Shown piece by piece: positions 24,516 through 37,453 of a DNA stretch of 64,000 nt. The translations under genes were made by a program, and so were the position numbers. Position 1 is the first letter of the stretch. Each line of letters opens with the position of its first letter. The stretch spans positions 5,323,902 through 5,387,901 of the forward strand of contig MU053652.1 of NCBI GenBank assembly GCA_013239625.1, read 5' to 3'. This DNA comes from Lama guanicoe. Taxonomy: Eukaryota. The notes under the pieces were generated by a model, which made no database searches, had not been told where the DNA came from, and saw only the letters and a list, made by a program, of their open reading frames with translations.

Positions 24516-24824
24516 GCTTTTCTACTCCAACAACTTTTTGGGAGATTGGGCAGGGTTTGGGGACAGTCTGGTTTCAGGGAAGCTTATTTTGCAGTTTATC
24601 TGGTACCTAATTTGAGTCGTCGGTTCCAACCAGGAGAGACAAAATAAATGATTTTTGGCCCCAGTCGTTGATCATTTCTGTATCAGTCACTTATTTTTAA
24701 AATGACCACATATATATCAGATGCCTACTATATGCAGGCACCGTGCTCAATGCCATGGCTATGGTGCTGGCAAACAGATCTCATCCCTGTCCTGTAGTGG
24801 TTTACACTCTTAGAGTCTTCAGCA

Positions 24825-25012
24825 GACAATATTAACCCTGGCTGCACATTGGAATCACCTGGAGTGGGGGGTGTTTATAACTAATAGATGCCTGGGTCCT
24901 CTCACTCCCAGAGAGTCACATTTAATTGGTTTGGGATGGGGCCTAGTCATTAGTAGTTTTGAAGAGCTCCTCATGGCAATCTAGCATGCAGCCAGCACTG
25001 AGGACTCCTGGC
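24825..25012. mobile_element. MER5A1-like hAT-Charlie MITE
   Basis: aaccctggctgcacattggaatcacctggag...atgcctgggtcc...tttaattggtttgggatggggcc...tgcagccag. Confidence 0.8.
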
Positions 25013-25354
25013 TCAAAGGGTTGAACTAGATGAGGAAGGATGTGGATGAGAATTGTGAGAATTGCTACCTCTGGGACAGACTCCAAAGGCAGCGGAGGAC
25101 GGTGGGTTGACCATGTAAGGAGAGTTCTCTTTGTTAGCTTGCCTTTCCGAAGCATCATACTCATCGTAGTGAGAGAGGAAATGGCAAAGTTACTGTGTGT
25201 GCACGTCAGGACGTGGGAGCATGACAACTACTCATGTGTCAGTGATATCACGTCCTGATTCTAAGTCATAGGATGTGCTGTCTTCCTGGCACTAACCCCT
25301 CTGCTGTTCAGCTGAGGCTGCTTTGGTGCATAGAGAGACAGGATCTCAGTGGTT

Positions 25355-25473
25355 CTAGTTATGGCGACCTGCTGTCCTGGTTGGTTTGGGACTGAGGGGG
25401 TTCCCAGGCTGTGGGACTTTCAGAGCTAAAACCAAGAAAGTCTCAGGCAAACCTGAATGAGTTGGTCACCCTA
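25355..25473 (-). mobile_element. MER81-like hAT-Blackjack MITE
   Basis: gggactgagggggttccca...gggactttcagagctaaaacc...ggcaaacc...gttggtcacccta terminal repeat. Confidence 0.8.
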
Positions 25474-25517
25474 GTTCTCGTGCAGTGACTCCTGCTGTGG
25501 GGCTCTCTAATTTGACA

Positions 25518-26200
25518 CAAAAAGCCTGACTCATAAAAGGAAAAAGTAGAAATTGGACCTCACTAAATTAAAAACTTTTGCTTCTTGAAAAACTTTGTGG
25601 AGAGGATGAAAGAATAAGCTACAAACTGGGAGAGAATATTTATAAATCACATAACTGATAAAGGACTAGTATCTAGAACACGTAAAGAATTTTCAAAACT
25701 CAGCAGTAAAAACCAAACAATGCAATTCGAAAGTAGGCAAAAGATATGAACAGACCTTTCACCAAAGAGGATATATAAATGGCAAATAAGCCCATGAAAA
25801 AATGTTCAACATCAGTAACCATTAGAGAAATGGAAATTAAAACCTCAATGAAATATTACCACATGAGTCTCAGAATGGCTCCAATGAAAAATGATGTCAC
25901 CACCAAATGCTGATGAGGATGTGGATAAAATGGATCACTCTTACATTGCCGCTGGGAAAGTACAATGGCCTGGCCACCCTGGAAGGCTGTTTGGCAGTTT
26001 CTTACAAAACTAAACATGCAACTACCATACACCCAAGCAATCATACTCTTGGTCATTTATCTGGGAGAAATGAAACCTTATGTTCACACAAAAACCTGAA
26101 TGTGAATGTTAATAACAACTGTATTTGCAATAGCTCAAAACTGGAAGGAACCTAGATATTCTTCAACAAGTAAATGATTAGCCAATGATTGTATTTCAGT
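25518..26200 (+). mobile_element. Old L1 ORF2 3' fragment (L1MC/MD-like)
   Basis: ctacaaactgggagagaatattt...aaaagatatgaacagacctttcaccaaagagg...ttggcagtttcttacaaaactaaacat. Confidence 0.88.
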
Positions 26201-26399
26201 AGATAAAATATTTTAAGACATCGTTTGTAGAGAAGGAAAATCAAAGGCGTTCGTAGAGGTCAAAAGGTTGGGAACTACTTTTTCAGTACTTTATGAGGTC
26301 TGGGCATTTGATTTTGGGGTACTATATTCAGGGAATAATCAGTCTGTGTGGGAGGGTGGGGAGCTGGGTAAATAATTCATTCTCACAGAAGAAGAGAAC

Positions 26400-26625
26400 T
26401 GTGCTCCTGTATAGCACTTTCCAGGCACCAAACAGGATTCTAAGTGTTTTCCACATGTTAACTCATTTAATTCTCCTCACAACCCTACAAGACAGGTACT
26501 ATTCCTGTTCCCATCTTACTGATGAGAAAACTGAGGCACAGAGAAGTTAAGTTGCCCAAGGGCATACAGCTGAGCAGAACCAAAGTTCAAACCCAGCTCA
26601 TCTGGCTCTGGAGTCCATTGCCTTT
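26400..26625 (-). mobile_element. MIR SINE
   Basis: taactcatttaattctcctcacaacccta...gatgagaaaactgaggcacagagaagttaagttgcccaaggg. Confidence 0.85.
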
Positions 26626-28843
26626 CAAAAAAGCATGCAAATGCCTAGGCTTTATAATAGGTCTTCTATGTGAATGCCAAACAGTTTTATTTTAATATGT
26701 CCCCAGTTTTCTAGAATTTGTTTTGCTTTCCTTTTCTGAATCAACTTCTCTATTAAAAATGTCTATATCACAAAGCCTGTGGACCTACATGCGATACTCC
26801 AGTTTGATGGAATAGTGTCACGGTAGGATGCATTAACTGTGTGGAGTCTCGCAGATGGCAAAACAAGATCAAGATGGAGTAATGTTATTCTTAATGTCAT
26901 TGTGCATGTCATCTGTTTTGATGAGGCCTGCATAATTTACCAGTTACTAGTACTATGGAGTAATTTGTTGAATGGTGTCATTTTCATTTATTCAAGATTA
27001 TGATTCAACGTAATGTGCCGTTTGCTTATGTTCAAGGGTTGTTATTTCCCCATGGGAACCTTAGACAATGAAGGACCAGCTTCCTGTAAAAACCCTAATA
27101 AGCTATAGAGGGGTTATCTCAAGTACGTATCTGCTGTCTCCCTCCCCCAGGTTGTCGGATTTACTACAGATGGGCTGACCTATGGACATTAGAATGCTCT
27201 TTATTTCATAGTGTGTTCACAGGCTTAGATGGATTTGAATGGCTCTAGATTTAATCACAGGCTTCTGTGATTCTTGGTGTAGCATGTATTCATTTAGAAA
27301 TGAAATGAGACCTTATTATCTTACAACTCAGTCTAAGGGGTTTTGCTTGCCGGAGTTTATTGTTGTCATTGTTATTGTTTTCAATATTATTATTACTAGC
27401 AGTTGTATCGCTGAGACTTTTTTAGTATTATTTCTGAGAAAATAGAGAAAATCAATGGCGGTACTTAGGGTAAGTTACATGATTTCTCCCTTTTCTTCAC
27501 CCTCAACTTAGGCCACTAGGCTAGCTCAGTGGGGGAACTAATTAACTTTTAGATAAATTCTTTTGCTCATTAACTTTCAGATAAATTACTGCTTGAAGGA
27601 AAGGGAAGACACCTTGAGGGCTAGAAGTCAGTCTATCAAACAGTCAGTGGAGATGTCCCTGTAATTTTGTCATTTTGCAAACGATGTCAATAATGTTTGC
27701 TTGGCAATCTAAGAAGCAGCATCTCAAGCATGCGGGTATCAAAATGAGTAGGAAAAAAATCTCTAAGCCGTCGTCAAAGTGTCTTCTCTCTGACTCAGAA
27801 CATAAGGGGCAGAGAGAACAGAATCTGTCACCATGGCTTACCACAGACTTACCTTGTACATCCCTCTATTTTATGACCCCTGGAGCAATGTTAAGTATGA
27901 TAAGAAAGTCACGGCCCAGATTCTAGCCAGATTATGGAAGGAAAATGTTTGTGTATTCAGAAACAACTGAACTATCACTGGGAGCTCTCTTTTATTTGAG
28001 AAACCAAGCAACTGGCAGAAGATGGAAAAAGGCATTTAAGGACACGTTGTAATGGAGGTGTTTGTACAGAATGACAGGAGGGCTTCAACTTTTTCTGATT
28101 ATTTTAAGCTCTATGTCAAGTCAAGGTAAGCTATTATTCTAGTGTTTGTTACTATTTTTTATTACATGTACTGCTTAAATTGTAATTCTATTAGACATTT
28201 CAGGGAGTTTTAGAACTAGAAGGGGATTTTGTGCTAATAAAGCGGCAGAATGCTTACGCCCCCTCAAGGACCCCATTAAATGCTTTATATGTTGTTTCAT
28301 TCTCTACAATCTGGGTATAATTGGGTATAATTATGCCCACTTTACAGTGAGAATAAATGAGGCCTGGCAAGGTTATATAACATGACCAAAGTTTCCCATC
28401 TGGTTGAGCTGGGATTGAAATAGTTCTGCATGACTCTGATGTGTACTCTTAACACTTGGGTTCTAACTCCCCTGGGTGATTATCTGAGAAAACTGAGGTC
28501 AGGAGAAGTTAATTTTCCTGAAGTAGCTTCACTACACAGTCTATTTTCTGATTTAATTAAGTAGAGAAAAAAGGGGAAGGCCAGGGCAAAGACCCTGGAA
28601 CTCAGGAATGGAACAATGTTGCCTCTGGGTCTTAAGACACCTCCTAGTCACCATTTCTGGAAACTTCTTCGCTGATCAGAGCACAAAGCACTTTCAAGCA
28701 ATAAGCACTTACAAAAGAATAACAGCTTATTGAGATATAATTTACATATTATAATCTTCACTCTTCATACAATTCAGTGATTTTTAGTATATTTACAATG
28801 TTGTACAACCATTGCCATTAATTCCAGAATATTGTAATCACTC

Positions 28844-28882
28844 ATCTCTGGCCATACCACCCCGAACGTGCTCGATCTCGTC
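28844..28882 (+). pseudogene. Tailless 5S rRNA retropseudogene (nt 1-39)
   Basis: ATCTCTGGCCATACCACCCCGAACGTGCTCGATCTCGTC vs mammalian 5S 5' end GTCTACGGCCATACCACCCTGAACGCGCCCGATCTCGTC (33/39); TSD agaatattgtaatcactc / agaatattttaatcattc. Confidence 0.92.
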
Positions 28883-29288
28883 AGAATATTTTAATCATTC
28901 CCAAAAGAAATCTCACACCTGTTGGGAGTCACTCCCCATTTTTCTCTTTCTCAGCCCCTGGCAATAATAAATCTGCCTTCTGTCTCTATGGACTTGCCCT
29001 TTCTAGATATTTCATATAAATAGAATCATACACTATGTGGCCTTTTGTTTGTGGCCTCTTTCATTTACAGAATAATGTTTTCAAGGTTCATCCATGTTGT
29101 AGTATAAATCAGTTGCTTTTTATGGCTGAGTAATATTCCATTGCAATGAACACACCACATTTTGTTTATGCATTCATTAATCATTAACGGCCATTTGGGT
29201 TGTTCCTACTTTTTGGTTTTGGTGAATATTGATGTTGTGAACCTTCCTGTACAAGCTTTTGTGTGGATGAATGTTTTCAATTTTTTTC

Positions 29289-29375
29289 TTTTCTTTTTAA
29301 CATTTTTTATTGATTTATAATCATTTTACAATGTTGTGTCAAATTCCAGTGTAGAGCACAATTTTTCAGTTATAC
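29289..29375 (-). mobile_element. Extremely 5'-truncated young L1 stub
   Basis: Same 3' terminus as the 18656 element (cattttacaatgttgtgtcaaattccagtgtagagcacaatttttcagttata); TSD tcaatttttttc (29277-29288) / tcaaattttttc (29376-29387). Confidence 0.88.
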
Positions 29376-32300
29376 TCAAATTTTTTCATTGTATGTTTTC
29401 AGACTTTTAGAAGTGGGATTGCTGGGTCATAAGGTAACTCTATGTTTACCTTTTTGAGCAGCTGCCAGACTGTTCCCCAGCGTGGCTGTGTCACCTTACA
29501 TTCCATTTACACGTTTGAGGGTTCCAGTTTTCCCACATCCTTGTCAACACTTGTTATTGTCTATCTTTTTTGGAGCCATCCTAGTGGGCATGAAGTGGTA
29601 TCTCTTACTGGATTTGATTTGTATTTCCTTAATGACTAATGACGTTGGGCATCTTTTTATAGGTTTATTGGCCATTTGTGTATCATCTTTTGAGAAATAG
29701 CTATTGAGATCCTTTGCCCACCTTTAATTGGGTTGAGTGGTGAGAATTCTTTATATATTCTGAATACCAGACCTTTATCAGATGTATAATTTGCTCTTAT
29801 TTCTCCCTTTCTGTCTGTTGTCTTTTCTATTCCTTGATGGTGTCTTCTAAAGCACAACAGTTTCAACATTGATGAAGTCCAATTGATCTATTCTTTTCTT
29901 TTGTTACTTGTGTTTTTTGTTTCATATCTAAGAAACTGTTGCCTAATGCAAGGTCATAAAGATTTACTCCAAGAGTTTTGTTGTTTTAGCTCTTAATTAT
30001 AGTGGGAACTATAATCTTACATCTATAATCCACTGTGAGTTAATTTTTGTGTTTGGTCTGAGGTAATAAGTATTTTTTTCTATGCAAATTCATGGGAGTT
30101 AATCAAGTTGGCACTTTGATTATTATATATTAGAACAGTGCAGTCAATTACTTGAAATTATGTTACACTATTAATCCGATTGGGAAGAAATATTAAAATT
30201 TTGTTTCTAAATCCAAGATTGATTCTACCCCTGTCTTTTCTAACTTTAATTTTCTTAAAGCTAATAATAGTAAAATATGCTGGGATTCTTTGATTCATAT
30301 CTGTTAAGCCATTATACTGCGGCTGGGAAATAATTTTCTTTTAAGGGACTTTTGCTAACTCACAGGAAAAAAATAAAAGCAATTCAGGAGCCACAGGAGT
30401 AGAACGTAACTTCAATTATTATTTTAAAGAAAGTAATAAGGTTAAAAAAAAAGAGAGAGTCCATGGATCTAGTTCTTGCATTAGGAACCAGCAACTAAAA
30501 GGACTGTTTAAGCACTGAAGTATTAAGTCTTTAAGAACCAACTGCCAAGGAAGAGAAAAAAGATAGATGGATTGGGAGGGAAGGATGAGGGAAAATGAAG
30601 ATAGGAGAGAGATGAATAGTTAGGGAAGCCACACCCAGATGACTGATCTGGCCTGGCAGTTCATTTTGGGTATGAGCAATGGGGCGTGGGGGACTGTGGC
30701 AGAGCAGAGACCTGCTTAGAAGAACAGCATCAGTTAACAAACCTGTAAAATTCCTGGTCTGTTAAAGATACAAAGGTAGACAGAATGAAAGAGGAAAGAA
30801 AGAGACTGGCATACACAAAGGGATTATTTATAACAGTGTGAAGAAAACCAGGTTTCATGAAGTAATAAGCATTTTAGGAGACTGTGATTAAGTCATATAA
30901 AAATGGAGGTAGGGGAAGAGTTCCCTTTATACAACCAAAGGCATAAGGAAAGGTATCCTATCTGGGTACCGTCACCCTAGGTGGGATGATTTTAAGAGCC
31001 AGATTCAGCTTATAGCCTTGTCTTTTATCCTGGGAGGCTTGGCTCCTGTATCACAGCTAGATGATGGTGCAGAAGATGGAATTTCTTCTAGGGTTTTATT
31101 TGTTTTATATATTATTCTGCTTATTTAATATATTTCATGGAGACTGAACACATCAGGCACTTACTGAGATCGTACATAAATGATTCCTTTTTTTTTTTTT
31201 GCTTTCAAGACACTCACAGCTGTAGTGCAGGTCAGTAGGCAAAAGATTCTAGGTCTTCAACGTAGCATAAAACAGGTAATAATATTACTACTGAAAACTT
31301 TAATCCAGATTGTAGACTTGCTAGAATTCAGTTGTACTGAATTGACATGAGCTGCAGTCTCTGCAACTTTATAAAAGGGTTTGAAATGATTAAAACAAAA
31401 TGTTAATAAATAACTAACAACGTGAAACTCTATCAGTGTGAGACAGGTGTTAAATTTAAGAACCCTACATTCGTTTGTATCAAGTCCTTCAATAATATTA
31501 ATTTTCAAAAACATTAAATTCTGTCTAGCGTACTGAAGCTGGTAATTATAATGCATAAAAATAGCTGAATAACCAGGGTAGTGCCAATTACTCTGTCACT
31601 CATGAGTCATCAATTATTTTCACGCAGCACAATATGTATGATACCTGCACACAGAGTGATAATGTAACAGCACATAAACGAAAAATTATTTTTCAAAAGC
31701 ATGGTGAGGCACGCCTGAAAGCTTAAACAAATTTCCTTGAGAGCTGGGGTTATGCCTTTTTTGAGGAGTGCTAAATCAATTGGTTTGAAGAGATTTTGGT
31801 CCTGGGCTGGCCTATGTACCAGCCTCCCAGGAATGCTGCATACACAGCTTCCCTGTGCTTTAGATGACCCATGACAATGGGCAGAGGGCAGACCACGTGT
31901 CCGATACTGACTGACTGTGTGATGAATGGAGCCTATCGAAAGGTAAATTACAATGGTGTTGATGGCATCTGTATTAGGAATAGGCATTGTACATCCAGGA
32001 TTTCCCTGAAGCTTCCCACCAGCCACCCTATGAAGATAGAGTCTTCTCTGAGGCTGGTCACCCCTGTTGCTTCTTTTTCAGCTGTATTCTGGCATGCTCA
32101 ACAAACCCTTGTCTTTTGGAAGTCCTCGGCAGGGAGTCTTTCCGATGTCTCAAGCATAGTCCCTTTCCTCAGTTATGGGCTCTTTAAGAAAGGAAGCTCA
32201 GGAAGAAACTGATAGAATTCAGAAACAAGGAGACCACTTTATAGTGTTGTTGTCAGAATTAAATGAGATGTTTACAGAGCACTTACTATGTGCCAAGCAC

Positions 32301-33217
32301 TGGTTTAATAGACATTAAATTATTACTATTCCTTGTTATGAATGATAATTATACATTGGACCTAATTGCTAATTTCATGCTCAATCGATTTCCCCTTTGT
32401 GGAAAACTACATAGTCACAAAGGAGGTAATAGAGAGATACTTCTTTTTGTAAATGCTGTATTTCATTTTAGATTTATGTGTAATTTCTATTAAAATCCCT
32501 CAAATTGAAGTTCACACAAAAAAAGCTGGACCCAGAGGTGCCCTAAAAGATGCTAGATAGAGGATTATAGAAAGCAAATTATTGGATTCAGTGGATGGTG
32601 TTTATTGAGCATTCACTAAGGAGCTCTAATAAAAGAGTGAAACTTGATTCTTCCCCAAGGGAACATAGCACAATGGAGGGATAAGAGTGTAGTCAGACAC
32701 AAAGGATTCATTGCAAATGCCAGCAGAAGTCTAGGACAAGGTACACAACGGGATAACTAAGTGTTGGGATAATCAGTCTTAGATAAAGTCAGACAAAAAT
32801 TCGCAGCTGAGCTGTAAGCAACTTGAAAGAGGGGAGGGCCTTGGTAGGAAGGAATGGGAGGGGTGGGATTTGAGGGCATTGTCAGCGTGAGGATTGGAAG
32901 GAGGGCTCAAGTCAACCCTCTGTGAGTGTGGGTGTGAGTGAGTGTGTGGGTTGGTATAAGAGGGAGAGGGGCATTAAGTAGTAAAAACCAAGAGTGGAGA
33001 GTATGAGCTGGGGAACCATTAGGAAGAAAGGATCCTAGTCATTTTTACTGCATAGGAAGCGCTGTGCCACGTGGTGGGGATATGCGATGTGAACCAGCAG
33101 AGGTGGACTCTGCCTTCTGGGGGCTTACAGTCTATAGGGGGACACAGACATGACTGAAGGCGCAGAGATCAGCTGAGAGTCACCTGCAATAATCTGATGG
33201 TGGCCTGAACTAGGTAG

Positions 33218-33652
33218 TGTCGGAGAGTGCTTTAGGTACTGGAAAAGATAAGCCCAGAATTCTCAGTGGCTTGACACAGTAATAGTTTGTTTCATGCTGT
33301 GTCACAGCCCAATATGTGTCTTTCCGGTAGACAGCCTTCCAAGTGTTCATTCAGAGACCTGGCTCCCCTATCTCATGGCCCCATCGTCCTCTAAGACCTG
33401 TGAGTCTACTCCACTCAGCTGGTGGATGGGGAAGGAGCCTTGGGGATGTACGTCTGCTTCGTGAATCCCAAGTAGTACAAGTGACATCAGCTTACATTCC
33501 ATGGGCAAGAACTCATCATATGCCCTCCTCCCCTGCCCAGATACTAAGGCTTAGGAAGTAGTTTCTGTCTGAACAGCTCCTCCCCTGAGACAGTTCCACA
33601 CTACCGGACAGGAGCACAAATCTTGGGTGGTCAGACAGTGGTCTCTTCTACA
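33218..33652 (-). mobile_element. Old MaLR LTR (MLT1J/K-like)
   Basis: aattctcagtggcttgacacag...tcattcagagacctggctcc...gcttacattccatgggcaagaactcatcat...cagtggtctcttctaca. Confidence 0.7.
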
Positions 33653-36389
33653 GTTGGGTTGGTGAGACAGGAATGAAATAAAGAAACACCCAGGAGCTGG
33701 AGTCAACATGCCAATTAATTAAGCTCCTGAGATTGACTGGATATGATAGCATAGGGACAAGCAGTGGTATCCAAGTGAAAATGACCAGTTATGGATTCTG
33801 TGGGTCTGAAGCTTAGGAGAAATGTCTAGGCTGGAGAAGGGGATGTGAGAGTCTTTAGAACATAGACGGTGATTGGTGTCATGGAAGAGGATGAATATTC
33901 TGTTGTCTTTGTCCAGGTGAGAGGCAGCAGGATCAAGGGTCAGGACTCCTGTTAGGGGAATGGATAAGGAATGTTGTTGGGGAGAAGAGAAGCCAGCCAC
34001 AGCACCACATCCAATTGCAATTAAGGGGCTGCATCTGTTAGAAATGGGGAGGGGGTTGGGAAGGGGTGGTGATTCAGCAGGGGGGACACTAGCTCAGTTT
34101 TTATAATGTTAACAGCTAGAGATATGAATATGATAGCATTAAAGAGGGGACTACAAGTAATCCCTCTTATTCTAAGTCATTGAAACCTCAGGAGATATAG
34201 GAGAGGAAAGGTCAGGGAGTTCTTATTCTATGGAATATTGAGCCATGTGCTTAGATACAGTCATCTTGATACTGAGTGTCAGAAGAAGTGCTCCAGAGGA
34301 CTGGACAGAGAGTCTTTGTGGATCCTCACAGTTAACGGGCAAAGGAAGAAAAAGGAAGGGTGTAGGATCACAGGGGAGAGAACACAATAGGGACGGGTTC
34401 AAGAAAGGAGGATTAAAAAGAAGAGTCAAGGGGGAGAGAATAGTTAGCAGAGTGAATGGCAGGAGGCGTTTACATTGGGGACACATGACCTGTCAATAAA
34501 CGTGTGTGTAATCTTCCTCATAATTTGCACTTCAAAATTGTATCAGTAAAGTGACAGTTCTCATTTATGTAGCTTATGCTGGGATTAGTGGGGCTGTTGC
34601 ATACACGGATGTTTGATTTTGGTTTTAGCAAAGAATTAAAGTGGCATAAAGTCTTGTTTCATGAGAGAGTTGAAGGCTAATGCGAGAAGCCATGAACATG
34701 ACTTTGCAATCTATTTAAGAATAAGGGACATAACATACCTCAAATGGCTCAAGGCCAGTAAGAGATTTGGTTTAGAAGGACCCGTTCTGCAGCCGCAGAG
34801 AAGGGAGACAAAGATTCGGTACACTTGCAGCCAACAGATGTCAGTGTTGTGATGCGATGCACAGCCTGATTTTGGAGTCTCCTCTCTTGCTGTACTTTGG
34901 GCTTTGATTTAATGTTACGGATCTTGTCAGCTACTGCTCCCCTTTAAAAAACACCAGCAGAAGTATATTATAATGAAAGCTTTTCTGCATACAGAGAACT
35001 GCTTCTCACACCCTGGAAGTTTCATCTGATCTTGAGAATGAACTAGAGTGGGTGTCATTTGAATGCATCTCTTTGCAACGAACTACAAAATGACGGCACT
35101 CGGGTGAAACGATAATGAATGTCTTGAAATGAACAAGGAAATAGTCAATAGTGAAGGATATATTGGCTAAATGTTAGCACACTGTTTTTTTGACACAGTC
35201 GCTGGCTCTAAAGAGTGCCATCTTTATTCTTTCATCATCCTCCATTGTATCCTTTGAAAAATTATTCTTGTTTAAGAGATGCAACAGCCATATAGCGTGC
35301 TCCATCTTCCTCACTGCATGCCTAGGTGTCACAGAGGCTGGGATCCCCCTGTTTTTTTTGTGGGGTTCGAGCAACCCCAAGAGGACTAAGAATGGGATAA
35401 GAGATTGATTTCTTCTTGTTCTTTTGGGAGCCTTGCACTGTGGCCAAAAGCACATATTGTTAGAAGCCAAACAGAGCTGTACATCTCACCAGGCTGTTTT
35501 ATTTTTAGACTTTTATCCAAGTGGTGGCTTGGATATTAAACTTTTCATTGAATGAGGGTGAGTTTGCAGATGGAATTCTTTTTGGGCCAGTCTGATTTCT
35601 TTTTTTTCCCTGTGGATGTGACAGAATTGTTGGCAGTGTAAACAACTGTCTGGTGAAGGCACAGGCGAGGAGAGATCATGGCCCAGGGGTCAAGGTCAAG
35701 GGAAGAGAAGCTACACTTGTGAAAAGCTGTCACTCCCTAGCCACCTTGTGTCTTCAGGTCTATTCAGGGATTTGGATCTCCTCATTGTCTGGCTTCCTAG
35801 GTACGACTGGCTGCTTTTTTGTGCAATAATCTGTCGAATATTGGGAAGGAAACTTGAATTCTTTTGGTACTGGAGAAAATAATCCTGATTTCCAGGACTC
35901 AGTTTACCCCGTTATAATATAGAGATAATAGTGACTTCATAGCAGTTGGAAAGAGTTGCACACCTAGTCATGATGACTGTAAAATTGCTGCATGTAGTGG
36001 GAAGACTCAGCCTTCAAGTGTAAGGAAGCCGAAGGTGGATGCTGATGACAGCATAGTGCGTTCCAAGATATTTTACTTGATGTGGCACTGGGTCACACTG
36101 GGTCATTTTCACTGTTAATGGCTGAGCCTAAGAGAGAAACCAGAAACCTGGTTTTGGCTGAGTCATAATCAGAATTCGGGCACTTCTTCCACAATTTCTG
36201 GCAAGTTGCTGGACTTTCTAGTATTATCCTAGCAAAATTCTTGTGCTAAATGTGGACAATTGTAGCTTTAAGATCTATCCTCAGCATCTGGATACTAGAT
36301 TTCTGGTTTTGCCCTTTTGTGCCCACAGCCACCCATCTCCCTCCTGCCACATTTGTCTGTCCCTAATCTGTACCCCATGAACAAACCTC

Positions 36390-36632
36390 TACAAACCTAC
36401 ATATGTGATAAAACTGTGCAGAACCCAATACACACACACACGTACAAGTAAAACTGGGGAAATCTGAGTAAGAAAGGTGGATTGTATCAATTCCAGTATC
36501 TTGATGCTGTACTACATTTTTGCCAGATGCCACCAGTGGGGAAAAGTTAGTAAATGGTACCTGGGATTTCTCTGTATTATTTCTTGCAACTGCATGTGAA
36601 TCTACAATAATCTCAATAAAATTTCAATAAAA
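36390..36632 (+). mobile_element. L1MC1-like 3' end
   Basis: aaaactggggaaatctgagtaaga...tctctgtattatttcttgcaactgcatgtgaatctacaataatctcaataaaa. Confidence 0.88.
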
Positions 36633-36914
36633 AAGGCATTAATTATTTTCAGTATACTAAAGTAATATCTTTTTCTTTAACAGATGTTTTATGTCCCTCA
36701 TACAACCAAATACCATCAGCATTTTTGTAGAACTACTTGTATTTACTACAAATAATTGTATATTGGTATTTAAAATTTTTAGTGATTGAAGAAAATTATC
36801 CTTAAGTCAGATATGATTTAATACTCTATAAAGACTTGCTTTTATTTTTTGCCACGTATCCATTTCTGAATGCTCTGCCCTACCAAAACCTTCCTATCAA
36901 CTATCTCTTGGAGA

Positions 36915-37135
36915 ATGGTGGTTAAGGCTTCAGGCTCTAAAATAAGATTATCTAGTCAAGTCAAGTTGCACTATTTATGATTTATGTGTCTTTAAGTTCT
37001 CCATGACTCAAGTTTCTCAACTGAGAAATAGAGTCAAAACTAGCACTTACCTAAGAGGATCAGAGTGATAATGAGTTTGTATACAGAGAAAGACTTGACA
37101 CAATCTTACAGAGAGTCAGCACTCAGTAACTATTA
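36915..37135 (+). mobile_element. MIR SINE
   Basis: tggtggttaagg...actcaagtttctcaactgagaaatagag...tagcacttaccta...cagcactcagtaactatta. Confidence 0.65.
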
Positions 37136-37393
37136 CTTACTTTATTCATACTATTTTATTGCCTTTAGAATATGTACTATGATTGCACAGAGACAGAGAA
37201 CTTTTCTATGAAAATGCTAATAGTAGACTCACATGCAGTTACAAGAAATAATACAGAGAAACCCCATATGCCATTTACGCATTTTTCCCCACTGGTAGCA
37301 TCTGGCAAAACTGTAGTACAGTACTATGACCAAGATACTGGCATTGATGCAATCTTCCTTTCTTATTTAGATTTCCCCAGTTTTATGTGTACT

Positions 37394-37394
37394 T

Positions 37395-37425
<31 letters not shown>

Positions 37426-37453
37426 CGCGTGCGTGCACGTGTGTGTGTGTGTA
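37394..37453. repeat. Compound (TG)n(CG)n(TG)n microsatellite
   Basis: tgtgtg...tgcgcgcgcgcgcgtgcgtgcacgtgtgtg; continuous purine/pyrimidine alternation. Confidence 0.95.

Larger units (their letters stand above)
28716..30065 (-). mobile_element. L1MA/MB-like 3' region hosting a 5S fragment and a young L1 stub
   Basis: aacagcttattgagatataatttacata terminus; tcaaggttcatccatgttgtag; gatttgtatttccttaatgactaatga; ttgcctaatgcaaggtcataaagattt. Confidence 0.9.

Noticed and set aside
27853..28011. 159-nt minus-strand exon-like segment (TTCTGCCAG ... AAG|GTAAGT)
   Set aside because: The phase-0 frame has a stop and nothing else supports it; indistinguishable from a pseudo-exon.
31610..32212. 138-aa and 113-aa overlapping ORFs
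   Set aside because: No recognisable family, no convincing splice context, and the composition looks random.
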